From a virus (lineage: Duplodnaviria; Caudoviricetes): a stretch of DNA of 64,000 nucleotides. The position numbers and the translations under genes are program-made. The notes under the pieces were generated by a model. It had not been told where the DNA came from. It saw only the letters and a program-made list of their open reading frames with translations, and did not search any database. The stretch is from positions 40,491 to 104,490 of IMG/VR virus record IMGVR_UViG_2866816733_000004, one strand, 5' to 3'. This document shows, piece after piece, positions 54,300-63,306 of the stretch; position 1 is the first letter of the stretch, and every line of letters begins with the position of its first letter.

Positions 54300-54604
54300 G
54301 GCGCGGAGAAGTCTGGATCGTCGGCAGCCGGGTGTCGGGCCGTGATCAGTATGTCCTGATTGTCGGCAATGACCTCCTGGTCGAGTCTCTCGGCTCGGTG
54401 ATCACGGTCGGTGTGGAAGCCGGGGAGGCGTTCGCCGGTGCAAGCATGGTGACTGTTCAGCTGACGCAGCCGTTCGAGGGTACGGTGCGGGCCCACTGGG
54501 TCACGACTGTCCGCAAGGACCGGTTCGAGCGGATGGTGGGGATGGTCGATCGGCACACCATGGACGTGGTGGACGCGGCGTTGAGGGCCGCGCTGGATCT
54601 GTAA
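54296..54604 (+). CDS. mazF: MazF/PemK-family toxin
   Basis: MRRGEVW, VLIVGND, TVRKDRF, MDVVDAALRAALDL. Confidence 0.85.
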   Translation: MRRGEVWIVGSRVSGRDQYVLIVGNDLLVESLGSVITVGVEAGEAFAGASMVTVQLTQPFEGTVRAHWVTTVRKDRFERMVGMVDRHTMDVVDAALRAALDL

Positions 54605-54613
54605 GCGCCTGAT

Positions 54614-54793
54614 TCATCTGCAGTTGGGGCCTGGGCCGTCCGGGTGGGCTTCGAGGTAGGCGGCTTCGATGGCGGGTGTGGCTTGCCCGGAGAACGCCCG
54701 GTTGCCTTGCTCGACCCACCAGGCGCGGATGCGGGCGTGGTAGGCAGGGTCGGGTCCACGGCGAGGGGCGTCGCTGGGGTGCTTGGCGGCCAT
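54614..54793 (-). CDS. Lsr2 DNA-binding-domain-like peptide
   Basis: AAAGGA RBS; RIRAWWVEQG...PAIEAAYLEAH. Confidence 0.55.
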   Translation of the reverse strand: MAAKHPSDAPRRGPDPAYHARIRAWWVEQGNRAFSGQATPAIEAAYLEAHPDGPGPNCR

Positions 54794-55596
54794 AGTGGGT
54801 CCTTTCCGCAGGTCAGGCGGCGATTCCGGTGATCGTAGTCTGCCGTACGGGTCGGACAGTGCCGGGACGGGACTGCGGCGGGGCGCTGTCGAGGCCGGTG
54901 CCGGCGCGCGGCATAGCGGGCCGCAGGGGGATTGCCCGGCTGATGGCGTTAGTTGTGTAACTGTCTGTGTGCTCTGGGGTGGCTGCTCGCCTACCGGCGC
55001 CCGGCAGCTACGGCCCATACGTCTCCGTGGAAAGATTCTTACGGGTATTCATCTCCCAGTGTGGTGGGCAAACGGCTGGCAAATTGCCGTATCTTGCGGG
55101 CATATGTCGCGATACCCGAAAGTACTTTCGGATTCAACTCCGATGACTTGAGGGGCTAATCTGTCGTTCACGGGGCGCACACGGGCCGTTGGCGTCAAGA
55201 TTGCCATGGGAACTTCAGCGTTACTGTTGGCCAGTTCATTACCTGAGCGGCCCACGGTCTTGATCGGAAAGGATCGGCCACACCTAGATCCGACGTGCCA
55301 CCTGACGCCCCCCGGCTGTCGGTGACCTTGCGGCCCGGCTCGGGCCGGCTGGAAGGCGAAGGATCTTAGGGGAACTGCTCGAGCACCCCCCTAGTGCTCT
55401 CATGGAACGAGGGTCGCCCCCCGCTGCGAAGCTGCCAGCCACCGGCTGGGGGCGACCCTCCCAAACACGACCCCGGGAGGGGCCTGATGTGCATGGAAGA
55501 CTACGCGAGATGCGCCCAGGATGTGGTGGACATCCCAGGCGCGGTTGATCGTCTCACCGATTGCGTCACCGCTGCGGCGGACGTCAGGAGCCTGGC

Positions 55597-56439
55597 ATGA
55601 CCGCCCAGCCTCCTGACGCGTTTGGTGACTACCGAGTCACCAAGCTTCTCGGGAGGGGAATGGAAGGGGAGACCTTTCTCGCGGTGGATCCGTCCGGCCG
55701 CGAGGTCGCGATCAAGACCATCCACCTGGAGGAGGTGAGCAGCCGTAAGGCCGGGCGTGCTCTGGACCGTGAGGTGGTCGCGCTGCGGTCGATCAACTGG
55801 GCTTACGCCCCGAAGTTCATCGGGTACCACCCGAAGGCCGACCGGCCCTACTACGCGATGGAGTACATCGAGGGCATCACCGTCGATGATGCGATCGCGC
55901 TCACCGGGGGGCTGGGAGACGTGGAGGCCCAGCGTCTCGCTGTGCGGCTCGCGGCGATCCTCGCCGCGCTGCACACGGCCGGGGTCGCGCACGGGGACTT
56001 CCGTGGTCAGAACCTCATCATCAGCAAGGACGGCGGGATCTACGTCGTGGACTTCGGGCGTGCCACGTTGCGGTGCGACTCTCGGCAGCGGTTCAGGCAG
56101 CGCCGCGACAGTGATCTGCGGCAGTTCGGAGAGCTGATCGTGTTCGCGCGGAACGGGCGGTCGGCGTTCGGGAAGGACAGCTCGCTGGCGATCGAGCGGT
56201 ACAACGAGGGACGCCCGGACCTGGGGGCGCTGTCGTCGCGGGCGCGGACGGTCGCGGCGGAGCTGTTGCGCAAGCCGGGCCGTGGGCGTCGGCGTCCGTC
56301 GGCCAGGCGGGTGCACCGCGTTCTGGTGCATGGGCGGCGGGGCCGGTGGCGGTTCGGGTCTGGGATCTTCACGGTCCTGGTCTGTGTCGTGGATGCCAGC
56401 GCGATCGGTCATGTCCTTCGAGCGTCGGGGGTCGGCTGA
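55597..56439 (+). CDS. Ser/Thr protein kinase
   Basis: AGGAG RBS; LGRGMEG, VAIK, MEYIEG, HGDFRGQN, VDFG. Confidence 0.85.
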   Translation: MTAQPPDAFGDYRVTKLLGRGMEGETFLAVDPSGREVAIKTIHLEEVSSRKAGRALDREVVALRSINWAYAPKFIGYHPKADRPYYAMEYIEGITVDDAIALTGGLGDVEAQRLAVRLAAILAALHTAGVAHGDFRGQNLIISKDGGIYVVDFGRATLRCDSRQRFRQRRDSDLRQFGELIVFARNGRSAFGKDSSLAIERYNEGRPDLGALSSRARTVAAELLRKPGRGRRRPSARRVHRVLVHGRRGRWRFGSGIFTVLVCVVDASAIGHVLRASGVG

Positions 56440-56642
56440 AGACTAGCTCTGTGGGGGTCGGGGTGGTCATTGGTGACGGGACGCCGATGACCACCCTTGG
56501 TGGGACCGTGATGGGCCGGTGCGCTGACGCGTTGATGCTCAGGTGGTTGGCGGGCTGTCCGGGTATGGCCGTACTTCCGCTGAGGAACCCGTTCGAGCAC
56601 GCTGCGCTACAGACTGGTGCCCCCTCAAACGGAAGGCGCCTC

Positions 56643-56939
56643 ATGGCCCAACCGCCGCTTCCTCGTGATCCGAACCAGCCGCCGTACCAGCAGCCATACA
56701 CGGGGCCGATGCCACCGCCGCCAACGCAGCCTCAAGTCGTGTACGTGCAGGCGCCTCCGCCGCCCGTCCCGGGCCGCCGCGGCATGAGCCTTGTCGGCCA
56801 CGGCTTCAACTGGACGCTGACGTTTTTCACGTGCGGGTTGTGGCTGGTGGTGTACGGGTTCTGGTGGGCGACGGTCCGGTCCCTCCAGGTGTGGAGGAAC
56901 TGGCGTAACCGCAAGAAGTACAACAAGGTCTACGGGTGA
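56643..56939 (+). CDS. Pro-rich membrane protein
   Basis: GGAAGG RBS; H...LTFFTCGLWLVV. Confidence 0.6.
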   Translation: MAQPPLPRDPNQPPYQQPYTGPMPPPPTQPQVVYVQAPPPPVPGRRGMSLVGHGFNWTLTFFTCGLWLVVYGFWWATVRSLQVWRNWRNRKKYNKVYG

Positions 56940-57173
56940 TCAGCGCGGCGGCTGGCAGCCATTCGCACAGGATACTGATCCGGGGATGAAAAGGTCCGGC
57001 CCATCGAGATCCACCATGGTCACCGGTTCCACGTCGACAGGGTCCCCGCATCCAGGACACGGTGGACTGTTCTTAGTCGTGAACTCTCCCCAGGTGTAGC
57101 CGCTCGCTCCGTGAACGCCGTCCCGCTCGCCCTCATCGAACTGGAAGTCGCTGTCGATCGTCCATGCGCTCAT
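56940..57173 (-). CDS. Small zinc-binding protein
   Basis: CPGC...CANGC. Confidence 0.45.
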   Translation of the reverse strand: MSAWTIDSDFQFDEGERDGVHGASGYTWGEFTTKNSPPCPGCGDPVDVEPVTMVDLDGPDLFIPGSVSCANGCQPPR

Positions 57174-57218
57174 GCCACCATGCTGCCTGAGAAGGCCACA
57201 GCGAGAGGCGGATTGCGG

Positions 57219-57476
57219 TCAGCCGATCCAGGTGATGCTCTGCACGATGACGATGCGGTCCTGCTCGTTGATCCAGACGTGAACGACGCCGTCGCCGTGG
57301 TCGAAGGTAGCGAACCGGAACGCCTCATCGCCCATCACCGCGTCGCGGTGGGTGCGCTGCCACGGGTCGCGGCTGACCTCCACGAGGGTGTCGTACAGCG
57401 CGACGGACGGCCGTTTCGGCAGGCCCCGCACCTCCAGGTCAGCCTCGTCGGTGAAGACCGTCCGGTAGGGGTTCAC
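57219..57476 (-). CDS. Putative RelE-fold toxin
   Basis: YRTVFTDEA...LVEVSRDPW...IVIVQSITWIG; GTGA overlap. Confidence 0.6.
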   Translation of the reverse strand: MNPYRTVFTDEADLEVRGLPKRPSVALYDTLVEVSRDPWQRTHRDAVMGDEAFRFATFDHGDGVVHVWINEQDRIVIVQSITWIG

Positions 57477-57760
57477 GCGTCGTGGCGGGAGAAGACCTCA
57501 TCCATGGAGACATACTCTCCGACACCGTCGCGTACGTCTTCGTAACGCTGATGAAAGTCCGGCTTGGCGTAGGCGAAGGCGAGGGCGCTCCACGTCTTCA
57601 GCAGCTGCCGAAGGCCCCGATAGCCGGCGAGGTCGTGGGAGGCGTCGACGGCGGCGTGGTACTCGGTGAGGAACTTGGGCCGCGCCTGCTCGGGGAGCCG
57701 GTCGTAGATGACCTGCGGGTCCCGCGGGTCCGGCTCCGCGTGCACGGGCTGGGCGCTCAT
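57473..57760 (-). CDS. DUF6247-like putative antitoxin
   Basis: MSAQPVH...IYDRLPEQARPKFLTEY...LLKTW. Confidence 0.65.
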   Translation of the reverse strand: MSAQPVHAEPDPRDPQVIYDRLPEQARPKFLTEYHAAVDASHDLAGYRGLRQLLKTWSALAFAYAKPDFHQRYEDVRDGVGEYVSMDEVFSRHDA

Positions 57761-57846
57761 GGGTCCGAGTGTAGTGGCACAGTAAGGTTATGGGCGATGT
57801 TCGCAAGCCGCTTGCGCACCTCGACGAATGTTCTAGGCCGGTCAGG

Positions 57847-58854
57847 TCACTCGATGTCGAGGCCAGTCGGTACGTCCTCAGGTGCTAGATCGGTTCTGAG
57901 GCGGACGTAGCGGGCGGCGTGTCTCCAGCGGCCGTGTTCCGCGGCGGCGTCCACCGCGATCTCCACGACGACGGTCGGCTCCACACGGGTGTATTGGATG
58001 GGTTCTTCGGCGCCTGAAAGCCCACCAGCCCACCCTGCGGGTAGCATTTCAGGCCACGGATGACCGCCGCCAGCGGGGGACAGAACCCCAGCGAAGCCAG
58101 CGCGGATCTGACGGCGGAGGGCGACAGAGCGGGCGACGAGACGCAACCGACCGCTGGAGGAGTACCGGCCGAGCAGCAGCGTCCGCGGCGCGTCGATGCC
58201 GTCGGTGACACCGCCGATGATCGCCTCGGTGGTCCACCGGTGACGAACCTTCCACCAGCCCCTCTTCCCCTCCCGGTACGGGTCGTCAGCGGCTTTGACG
58301 ACGAGCCCTTCGATGCCTTGGACGGTGAGGAGCTCGAACCAGAGGGTGGCTTCCCCGCGGTCGGTCAGTTGCGGGCAGGGCACCACGAGGGACGTGCCGG
58401 GGACAGCGGCGAGGAGCTGCTCCAGTACCCGCCGCCGATCCGAGAGCGGCAGCGACCGGAGGTCCTCCCCACCGGCCTCCAAGACGTCGAACACGACGTA
58501 GTGGCAGGGCTCCCGTAGCGCCAGTACAGCGCGCTGCCCGCCGGCGACCTGACGGCGCTGCAGCGCGCCGAAGTCCAGGCGCCCATCCCGGGACCAGCGG
58601 ACGATCTCCCCATCGACGACCGTCGCCGGTGGAAGGACGTCGAACACCGCGAGGGCGATCTCGGGGAAGGTCTCGTTGAACCGGGTCAGCCGGCGCGATG
58701 ACAAGCTAACGCCGCCGTGCTCGTTGACGATCGCGGTAGCCCGGAACCCATCGAACTTGGGTTCGTAACGGCACCCGCCGGAACACTCCCACTCCTCGGG
58801 GATGTGGTCGATCGCTGTAGTGCCCATGGGGACTGGTGGCCTGTTGATGTGCAC
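57847..58854 (-). CDS. ATP-dependent DNA ligase (LigC-like)
   Basis: EPKFDGFR, VDGEIV, VFDVL, EGLVVK, WWKVR, RWRH...RLRTD; start approximate. Confidence 0.88.
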   Translation of the reverse strand: MHINRPPVPMGTTAIDHIPEEWECSGGCRYEPKFDGFRATAIVNEHGGVSLSSRRLTRFNETFPEIALAVFDVLPPATVVDGEIVRWSRDGRLDFGALQRRQVAGGQRAVLALREPCHYVVFDVLEAGGEDLRSLPLSDRRRVLEQLLAAVPGTSLVVPCPQLTDRGEATLWFELLTVQGIEGLVVKAADDPYREGKRGWWKVRHRWTTEAIIGGVTDGIDAPRTLLLGRYSSSGRLRLVARSVALRRQIRAGFAGVLSPAGGGHPWPEMLPAGWAGGLSGAEEPIQYTRVEPTVVVEIAVDAAAEHGRWRHAARYVRLRTDLAPEDVPTGLDIE

Positions 58855-59007
58855 CCCCGGTCGCCCCCAACACCCCGTGGTTCTGCCGCGTGGTGTACGG
58901 CTACCCGCCACGCGGCGCGGAGCCTACGGGCCGGGAGATGCTTGACGGCGCGATGGGCGATTCGTGACCTCTGGATCAACAGAGCTGCGCCGATGCACAC
59001 TGGCCAG

Positions 59008-59250
59008 ATGGCGGGGGACAGGTACCTGGTGGGCCCGGACGGTGTCCGGGTCGAAGCCGTCGAGCTCGCCGACGAGGACGTCGCTTACGCCCGCCGCCGG
59101 CACCGGGACGCCCAGGCCGGGGAGGCGTTCTTCGTCGTGACCCGCCGCGGGCGCCTGGTCGGCTACTGCCGCGACATTGAAGAGGTCGCCGAACTGGTTG
59201 ACCTTCAGAGCCTGCGAGGACCGGACAGTGCCGCTGAAGACGCCGGGTAG
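59008..59250 (+). CDS. Hypothetical protein
   Basis: GVRVEAVEL...GRLVGYCRDIEEVAELVDL. Confidence 0.55.
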   Translation: MAGDRYLVGPDGVRVEAVELADEDVAYARRRHRDAQAGEAFFVVTRRGRLVGYCRDIEEVAELVDLQSLRGPDSAAEDAG

Positions 59251-59423
59251 CTCATTCGACCGGGACCGTTGAGCCGAACCTCGACCACGAGCTCCGCCTT
59301 GCCGGTCGCGTCGTCCAGCGACGCCTTACCGAGGTCCTCGTGGGACAACTCGACCGAGCCGCCCTGCGCGATGAGAACCGCGATCAGCACGTTGCGAGTG
59401 TGGCGTCGGGACGGATGACGGTT

Positions 59424-59615
59424 TCAGCCATGGTCGCCACTCTCCTCGTCGGTGCCGGGGTTCTCTGGGCGGTCGGTGTCGTGGGCGGCCTGCTGAGCGT
59501 TCAGAATCACTCGGGCTTCGTCTTCGGACAGGACACCGCCCGTGGCCGCAGCGAGCTCGAACAGGCCGATCAGGTTGGCGAGCTTGCGCGCTGCTGCCGG
59601 TGAAAGGTCAGCCAC
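59424..59615 (-). CDS. Hypothetical phage protein
   Basis: GAGGAG RBS. Confidence 0.5.
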   Translation of the reverse strand: MADLSPAAARKLANLIGLFELAAATGGVLSEDEARVILNAQQAAHDTDRPENPGTDEESGDHG

Positions 59616-59618
59616 CGC

Positions 59619-59888
59619 TCACTCCTCGGTGTCCGGCTTGGCGAGGAACTTCATGTCGTGGAGGGTCGCCAAGGCGGACAGGTGCGCGATCAGGTCCGCG
59701 ACGTCACGGGCGAGGTTCTTCGCCGAGCCGAGCGCGATGCTGGTGCTGCTCTTGTCCAAGATCTCCAAGTCGCGCGTCAGAGACTCGACATTGCGCTTCA
59801 CGTTGGCGAACTCGCCGCGGGCGCCAGCCTGGTGACGGCTGACCTGGCCCTCGAAGACACGGGCTGCGACCGGGTCAGGCTGAGCCAT
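59619..59888 (-). CDS. Hypothetical phage protein
   Basis: Helical, in tight operon. Confidence 0.5.
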   Translation of the reverse strand: MAQPDPVAARVFEGQVSRHQAGARGEFANVKRNVESLTRDLEILDKSSTSIALGSAKNLARDVADLIAHLSALATLHDMKFLAKPDTEE

Positions 59889-60180
59889 GACTACTCACTC
59901 CTTCGAGGTGGTTCACGTGGTCGGGACGCGTCTGGACCTGGGCGCTCGCTTCCAGGAGTACGCGGGCTTCGACGAGCAGCACTTCCGCCTCGTCCAGCTT
60001 GGGCGGGCCGAGCAGCGGGTGGTTGCCGATCCTGTCCACGCAAGAGGCCGTGACGTAGGCGTCGGTGGGGCGGGGCCGGACCCGCTCGCCCGGCAGGACC
60101 TCTCGGCCCTGTGCGATCAGGGCGACGAGCCGGTCGACGGCCTGGGCGCGGTCGGGCCCAGCGTGCCGCGGGCCGCTCAT
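59875..60180 (-). CDS. Hypothetical phage protein
   Basis: ATGA coupling. Confidence 0.45.
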   Translation of the reverse strand: MSGPRHAGPDRAQAVDRLVALIAQGREVLPGERVRPRPTDAYVTASCVDRIGNHPLLGPPKLDEAEVLLVEARVLLEASAQVQTRPDHVNHLEGVSSHGSA

Positions 60181-60431
60181 GCCGTCACGGCGACGAGGAA
60201 GACCTGGCCGCGCTCGATCAAGGCGAGAAGGAACTCGCCGAGCGACGTGCGCGCATGCACCCTGGTCGTCCCCGCAAGGCGAGGCGGGGGGAGTAGGTGC
60301 CGCCAGGCCGCAGGGTCGTGCGGTAGCAGGAGGACAACCCCGGCCCCGCGCCCTTCGCTCCAGCTGGCCGAAGGCACGGGCGGACGCCCGCAGGTCCAGG
60401 CGGTGACGTACCGGCCCGACGGCAAGTTCAT
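60177..60431 (-). CDS. Hypothetical phage protein
   Basis: ATGA coupling. Confidence 0.45.
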   Translation of the reverse strand: MNLPSGRYVTAWTCGRPPVPSASWSEGRGAGVVLLLPHDPAAWRHLLPPPRLAGTTRVHARTSLGEFLLALIERGQVFLVAVTA

Positions 60432-60799
60432 CCATCGTCGGGGTCGTCGGCGAGCACGTCCGCTCTCACGATCACGCTGACCCCGCGCCCCCGCCAGTCG
60501 GGGGACGCAGCATGCAGATGCGTGCAGCCCGGGCTGGTCCGCTCCGGCCAGCGGCGCAGTCCGAGCAGATCCGTCCACGCGTCGAACGCGACCCGCCGGT
60601 CCGCGTACTCGGCCTGCATGCAGTCGCCGACCAGGCCGTGCTCGGTGACCTGCCACCAGACCACCGGCAGTTCCGCGTCTTCCGGCAGTTCCTTGTCTTC
60701 GCCGAACTCGAGCAGCTCGGCGAGGAGGCGTTGATTGCGGCGCTGCCACCGGCGGCGATCAGCATTAGTCACCGGGCCGTGGATGTTCGAGGACGTCAC
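60428..60799 (-). CDS. Hypothetical phage protein
   Basis: GTGA coupling. Confidence 0.55.
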   Translation of the reverse strand: MTSSNIHGPVTNADRRRWQRRNQRLLAELLEFGEDKELPEDAELPVVWWQVTEHGLVGDCMQAEYADRRVAFDAWTDLLGLRRWPERTSPGCTHLHAASPDWRGRGVSVIVRADVLADDPDDG

Positions 60800-61089
60800 G
60801 GCTGTGCCACCTTCTTCCGCTGTGCGGCACGCAGCCGCGCCGTGCGCTCAGCCCTGGCGAGTCCGGCCCGCGCCGTCTTGACCGCCTCGTCCATCCGGTC
60901 GACGTGGTTCCGAACCTCTTCCACAAGCCCGACAACATGATCGGTCTGCGCCCATGGGCTCCACCTGTCACCTTCCGCGATGTTGTGGAACGCGATGTCG
61001 GACAGCACACGCATGAACTCGGCGCCCGCCTCGACGAGGGTGTCCCAATCCTCGGGCCGGTAGTCTTCGTTGGTGATCTCTACGGTCAT
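60796..61089 (-). CDS. Hypothetical phage protein
   Basis: AGGAG RBS, ATGA coupling. Confidence 0.55.
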   Translation of the reverse strand: MTVEITNEDYRPEDWDTLVEAGAEFMRVLSDIAFHNIAEGDRWSPWAQTDHVVGLVEEVRNHVDRMDEAVKTARAGLARAERTARLRAAQRKKVAQP

Positions 61090-61337
61090 GCGTGCTCCTG
61101 GGGGAGGGGGAAGAGAGGGGTGTGCTGTACGGCGTCGTCGAGCTCGTACACGTCGCCGCGTTGGTCCCATTCGGCGACGAGGGCGCGGGTGTTGACGATG
61201 GCCTGCTCGAGGCCGACCCCGTGGTTACGCCCCATGCAGGCTTTGCAAACGCATTCGGGTTGGGTGGCGTCGTAGCAGACCGCGTCGCACTGGCCGACGA
61301 TGTCGGCTCCGCGACGGATGATCAGCAGCGACGCCAT
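61086..61337 (-). CDS. Cys-rich phage protein
   Basis: CDAVCYDATQPECVCKACMGRNHG. Confidence 0.6.
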   Translation of the reverse strand: MASLLIIRRGADIVGQCDAVCYDATQPECVCKACMGRNHGVGLEQAIVNTRALVAEWDQRGDVYELDDAVQHTPLFPLPQEHA

Positions 61338-61343
61338 AGTCAG

Positions 61344-61529
61344 TCAGTCCAGGCTGCGCTCAAGCTGTGTCTGCGTGGCGTTAAGGTGCCGGCGGACCTC
61401 CTCAATGGCGTCGAGCGCTTCACCGGATCGTCCTTGGGCGAGGAGCGCGACCACGTCCTGCGCAGCGTCGGCGGCGCGGCCAGCCGCGCGCTCCGCCATC
61501 AGGACACTCATCTCCGTCACGAGGCTCAC
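61344..61529 (-). CDS. Hypothetical phage protein
   Basis: AGGGGG RBS. Confidence 0.45.
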   Translation of the reverse strand: MSLVTEMSVLMAERAAGRAADAAQDVVALLAQGRSGEALDAIEEVRRHLNATQTQLERSLD

Positions 61530-61614
61530 AGCGTCCCCCTGTAGGCGGCGAGGGGGAGCAGCAGCGACCAGGCGCCGGCGGCCATCGCGACGGCTTGGAG
61601 ACGGGCCCGGGCGG

Positions 61615-61890
61615 TCACGACGCGGCGTCCTGGACGAGCCGGTAGCCGCTGTTCGTCGGTTTGAACCTCGACAAGGAGATCCTTGTGGCCTTCCCGCGCA
61701 TGTCCCGCGCCCATGGACATGAGCGCCCGCGGTACTCGTCGATCTGCTGCTGAGCCACGTCGGTGTTGGTCAGGACCGTGCAGATGGCCTTGTCGCCGTC
61801 GATGCTTTCGACTCGAAAGGTTCGGCCCTCCGCGCGCTTGTCGTTGTCCGCCCAGGTCTGGCCCGGCTTGACGGTGGAGTCGGCGGCCAC
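61615..61890 (-). CDS. Small SH3-like phage protein
   Basis: VKPGQTWADNDKRAEGRTFRV...GYRLV. Confidence 0.6.
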   Translation of the reverse strand: MAADSTVKPGQTWADNDKRAEGRTFRVESIDGDKAICTVLTNTDVAQQQIDEYRGRSCPWARDMRGKATRISLSRFKPTNSGYRLVQDAAS

Positions 61891-62135
61891 TAGAACGGAC
61901 CCTCTTCGCTGAGTGGGTCATCGGTCCGGCGGACGTCCGCGCAGAACCCCGACCCGACCCCGAACGGCGCGCACGTGCACGGCCCGCCGTCGTGCTCAGC
62001 CCCGCGGTGCCGTTCCTCCGCCTGCTCCTCCAGCCAGTCGGTCGGGTCCGGGGCGTCGGCATGCGGGTTACGGTCGGCGTCGAGAGCGTCCTCGATGGCG
62101 TCCTGCTCGGCCTGCAAAGCGTCGTACGGGGTCAT
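61890..62135 (-). CDS. Hypothetical phage protein
   Basis: AGGAGG RBS; H...GPCTC. Confidence 0.5.
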   Translation of the reverse strand: MTPYDALQAEQDAIEDALDADRNPHADAPDPTDWLEEQAEERHRGAEHDGGPCTCAPFGVGSGFCADVRRTDDPLSEEGPF

Positions 62136-62824
62136 AGGGTCGCCTCCTTGGCGGTCGGTAGCTTGGCGAGCGGGGAGTGGGACCCGGCCGGGGTGGCGCG
62201 CACCGCAGCCCAGTCGATGTCGTCGAGGGCGGACAAGGCGTCAAGGTCACCGGCCCGGTACAGCGGCACGGTAGGCCGGGCCCGGCGCGACTGGAACGGC
62301 CCGAGGCGGCGTTCCCGCGGCGTCACTAGGCCCGCGCGGACGAGGTGCGCGAAGTCGCAGTCGCGGATCGTGAGGTGCCGAGCCGCCTCGACGCGGGTCA
62401 GCAGCCGGCCCCGCACCGCGGCATCCTCGAGCGCGGCACGGTCGGCGAAGGCTTCGAGGGTGCGCCCGCAGTACAGGGTGTGGCCCTTGTAGTCGCCGAC
62501 GACCGGCAGCAGCCCCATCGTCGCGAGCTCGGCAGCAGTACCGCCTGGGACCGGCATGCAGAACCGCTCAGCGAGGTAGTCCTCGGCGCGGTTCGCTCCC
62601 ACATTGGGCACCGACCCGACCGCCGTCCTGATCGCGTCGGCGCGCTCGGCGACCTCGTCGACTGCCGCGGCGGGCCACCGCCCTGCTCCGCTCGGTGCTG
62701 GGATGAGTCCGTCAGTCCGGGCGCGGGCGACCTGCCATTGGGTCAGGCCGAGCCGATTCGCTAACTGGATCGGTCCGTAGGAGGTGAGTGCTTGGCCGGG
62801 TTTGAAGGTGGTGTCGGTGGTCAT
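62132..62824 (-). CDS. Multi-HTH hypothetical protein
   Basis: AGGAGG RBS; QLANRLGLTQWQV, VPLYRAGDLDAL, IDWAAVRATPAG. Confidence 0.6.
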   Translation of the reverse strand: MTTDTTFKPGQALTSYGPIQLANRLGLTQWQVARARTDGLIPAPSGAGRWPAAAVDEVAERADAIRTAVGSVPNVGANRAEDYLAERFCMPVPGGTAAELATMGLLPVVGDYKGHTLYCGRTLEAFADRAALEDAAVRGRLLTRVEAARHLTIRDCDFAHLVRAGLVTPRERRLGPFQSRRARPTVPLYRAGDLDALSALDDIDWAAVRATPAGSHSPLAKLPTAKEATL

Positions 62825-63306
62825 GCAGTTGCCTCCTCGGCGATCTTCGGGGATTCGTCCTGTAGCCAGGGCCACGCGGCCCAGGTCAGTGATGATGTGT
62901 TGGTGCCAGTTTGCGGCCGTGCAACGCGATCACGGTCTGGCGGAGGAGTGCTGCAGGTGGCTCTGAGCGGGTAGTCCTTCACCAGCCACCACCGCATGGT
63001 CCAGTAGGTGGCGTTAAGCCGGTTCGGGTCACCGAGCGGGGACCCTGGCCAATGAAGTTTGAAGGGGGCCCGAGGGGAGCCCGGGAGGACAGGACCCACC
63101 CGTCCGGAGGTGGTTTGCCTGGCATGAACTGGCACGTGGCCACCCCGTGAGCGGCCGAAACAGCCCGGCGGGTCATCGAGTATCCCCATCCGGTACGTTC
63201 TCGGTGGTACTACTAATTGACCGAATGGCCGGACGCTCGGCGCCCGTCCGGAATGCCGTGGTCGGTGCGGCGCCGTGGTTGCGACAGCAGGTCAGGGGGT
63301 CAGCGG

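Larger units (their letters stand above)
1..63200. mobile_element. Integrated siphovirus-type prophage region, possibly composite with an AICE; left end outside window, right end approximate
   Basis: Complete head-tail-lysis gene order at 1-22.6 kb; phage-type regulators and small overlapping genes to 62.8 kb; housekeeping menC starts at 63307. Confidence 0.8.

Noticed and set aside
54960-55400. Possible ncRNA or riboswitch in lower-GC intergenic region
   Set aside because: No recognisable conserved motif or convincing structure by eye
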